A stretch of DNA of 64,000 nt. Origin: a virus. Location: the UHGV virus genome UHGV-0277313; one strand, given 5' to 3'. Each line of letters begins with the position of its first letter. The stretch's first letter is position 1. The position numbers and the translations under genes were made by a program. The notes under the pieces are model-generated. The model did not search any database. It was not told the DNA's origin and saw only the letters and a list, made by a program, of their open reading frames with translations. This document shows, one piece after another, positions 63,398 to 64,000 of this stretch.

Positions 63398-63847
63398 ATG
63401 AAATCTAAAATTGGTGGCAAGTTTTTTAAAAAGTTGTCTGAACAGTCAACGGGAAAAGATAAGTGGTTAGATAAGTGGTTGAGTTCGACAATCTTTTTAG
63501 GTAACCGTTACGATAGAAGACGATTAAAATTTCTAATTTCTTTTTTGTTTGAGAATTCGACAAACAGACCTATCATTTATGATCCGGTAGATAAAGAAGA
63601 ATTGATCCCTGAACGTCTTTTAATCGTGTCTTTTGATGCATCTAGTGAAACATTTTATTTCAATATAAAATACAAAAATCACGACGCAAATGATAGGTGT
63701 TGCAACCTTGTCGTTTCAAAAGAATTGTGGGATGAATTGATTCATTTAGAAAATAAATTTTTTGATTTATGTTTTGATATTGATAAAAACTATATCGTTC
63801 ATGTCGTTAAACAACATGTAGGTCAAGCGTGTTTATCTAGTATATAA
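63398..63847 (+). CDS. hypothetical protein (C-terminus VGQACLSSI)
   Basis: 149-aa ORF, SD ttaggagtcaatcATG. Confidence 0.55.
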   Translation: MKSKIGGKFFKKLSEQSTGKDKWLDKWLSSTIFLGNRYDRRRLKFLISFLFENSTNRPIIYDPVDKEELIPERLLIVSFDASSETFYFNIKYKNHDANDRCCNLVVSKELWDELIHLENKFFDLCFDIDKNYIVHVVKQHVGQACLSSI

Positions 63848-63852
63848 AATAG

Positions 63853-63881
63853 TTGACATTCACCGATTGTTGTTATAGTAT
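63853..63881 (+). promoter_or_regulatory. sigma70 consensus promoter (TTGACA-N17-TAGTAT)
   Basis: ttgacattcaccgattgttgttatagtat; same -10 hexamer as promoter at 17737. Confidence 0.6.
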
Positions 63882-63914
63882 ACTTAATATGATCAATGAG
63901 CGAAGGTGATTGGA

Positions 63915-64000
63915 ATGAAGTTAACGAACAAACAATTGAAAGTTTTTGCTGATAAGTTGTCTAAACATTTATCCGAATGCAAAGAGAAGTGGATATCTGA
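63915..64000 (+). CDS. hypothetical protein, 5' fragment (continues beyond window)
   Basis: ATG after gattggaATG; open to window end. Confidence 0.4.
   Translation, partial: MKLTNKQLKVFADKLSKHLSECKEKWIS

Overview
The window reads as dense, tightly packed DNA from a virulent, tailed phage-like genome. It has strong Shine-Dalgarno sites and many near-consensus sigma70 promoters (TTGACA-N16-18-TAnnnT), which suggests a low-GC Gram-positive host; that is inference, not shown. Two compositionally distinct blocks are separated by an ORF-free region of about 1.4 kb. Block A (1 to about 17000, AT-rich, mostly minus-strand) encodes a homing-endonuclease-like protein, a DNA methyltransferase, a long coiled-coil plus beta-helix tail fibre, dCMP deaminase, a 7-gene tandem paralog array with 64-bp exact repeats, an RCC1-like beta-propeller protein and a divergent promoter. 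The ORF-free region (about 17050 to 18500) contains a consensus promoter followed by nested helices, a GNRA tetraloop hairpin and long-range pairings (candidate large structured ncRNA). It is preceded by a C-depleted purine-rich tract of about 400 nt. Block B (18500 to 64000, GC-richer in the first half, almost all plus-strand) is a run of more than 90 small genes. It includes a MoxR AAA+ ATPase with a VWA/HExxH partner, and a defence-like trio of EcoRI-like adenine methyltransferase, DUF262+HNH (GmrSD-like) nuclease and GHKL ATPase. It also includes a degenerate serine-recombinase-like HTH protein and secreted or membrane Cys-rich peptides. Most striking, about 25 to 30 unrelated small proteins end in the same C-terminal nonapeptide (hydrophobic-G-x-x-x-L-x-x-I/L-COOH, e.g. 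IGETTLNKI, IGKETLNNI, LGSCTLNEI), and the seven array paralogs share a related ...YIDVLNEI tail. Conserved intergenic hairpin elements (TTTAACAAG-stem-loop-stem-CTTTAAG, with compensatory stem changes) and composite terminator-promoter modules punctuate block B. No rRNA, tRNA, CRISPR array, integrase or transposase could be supported.
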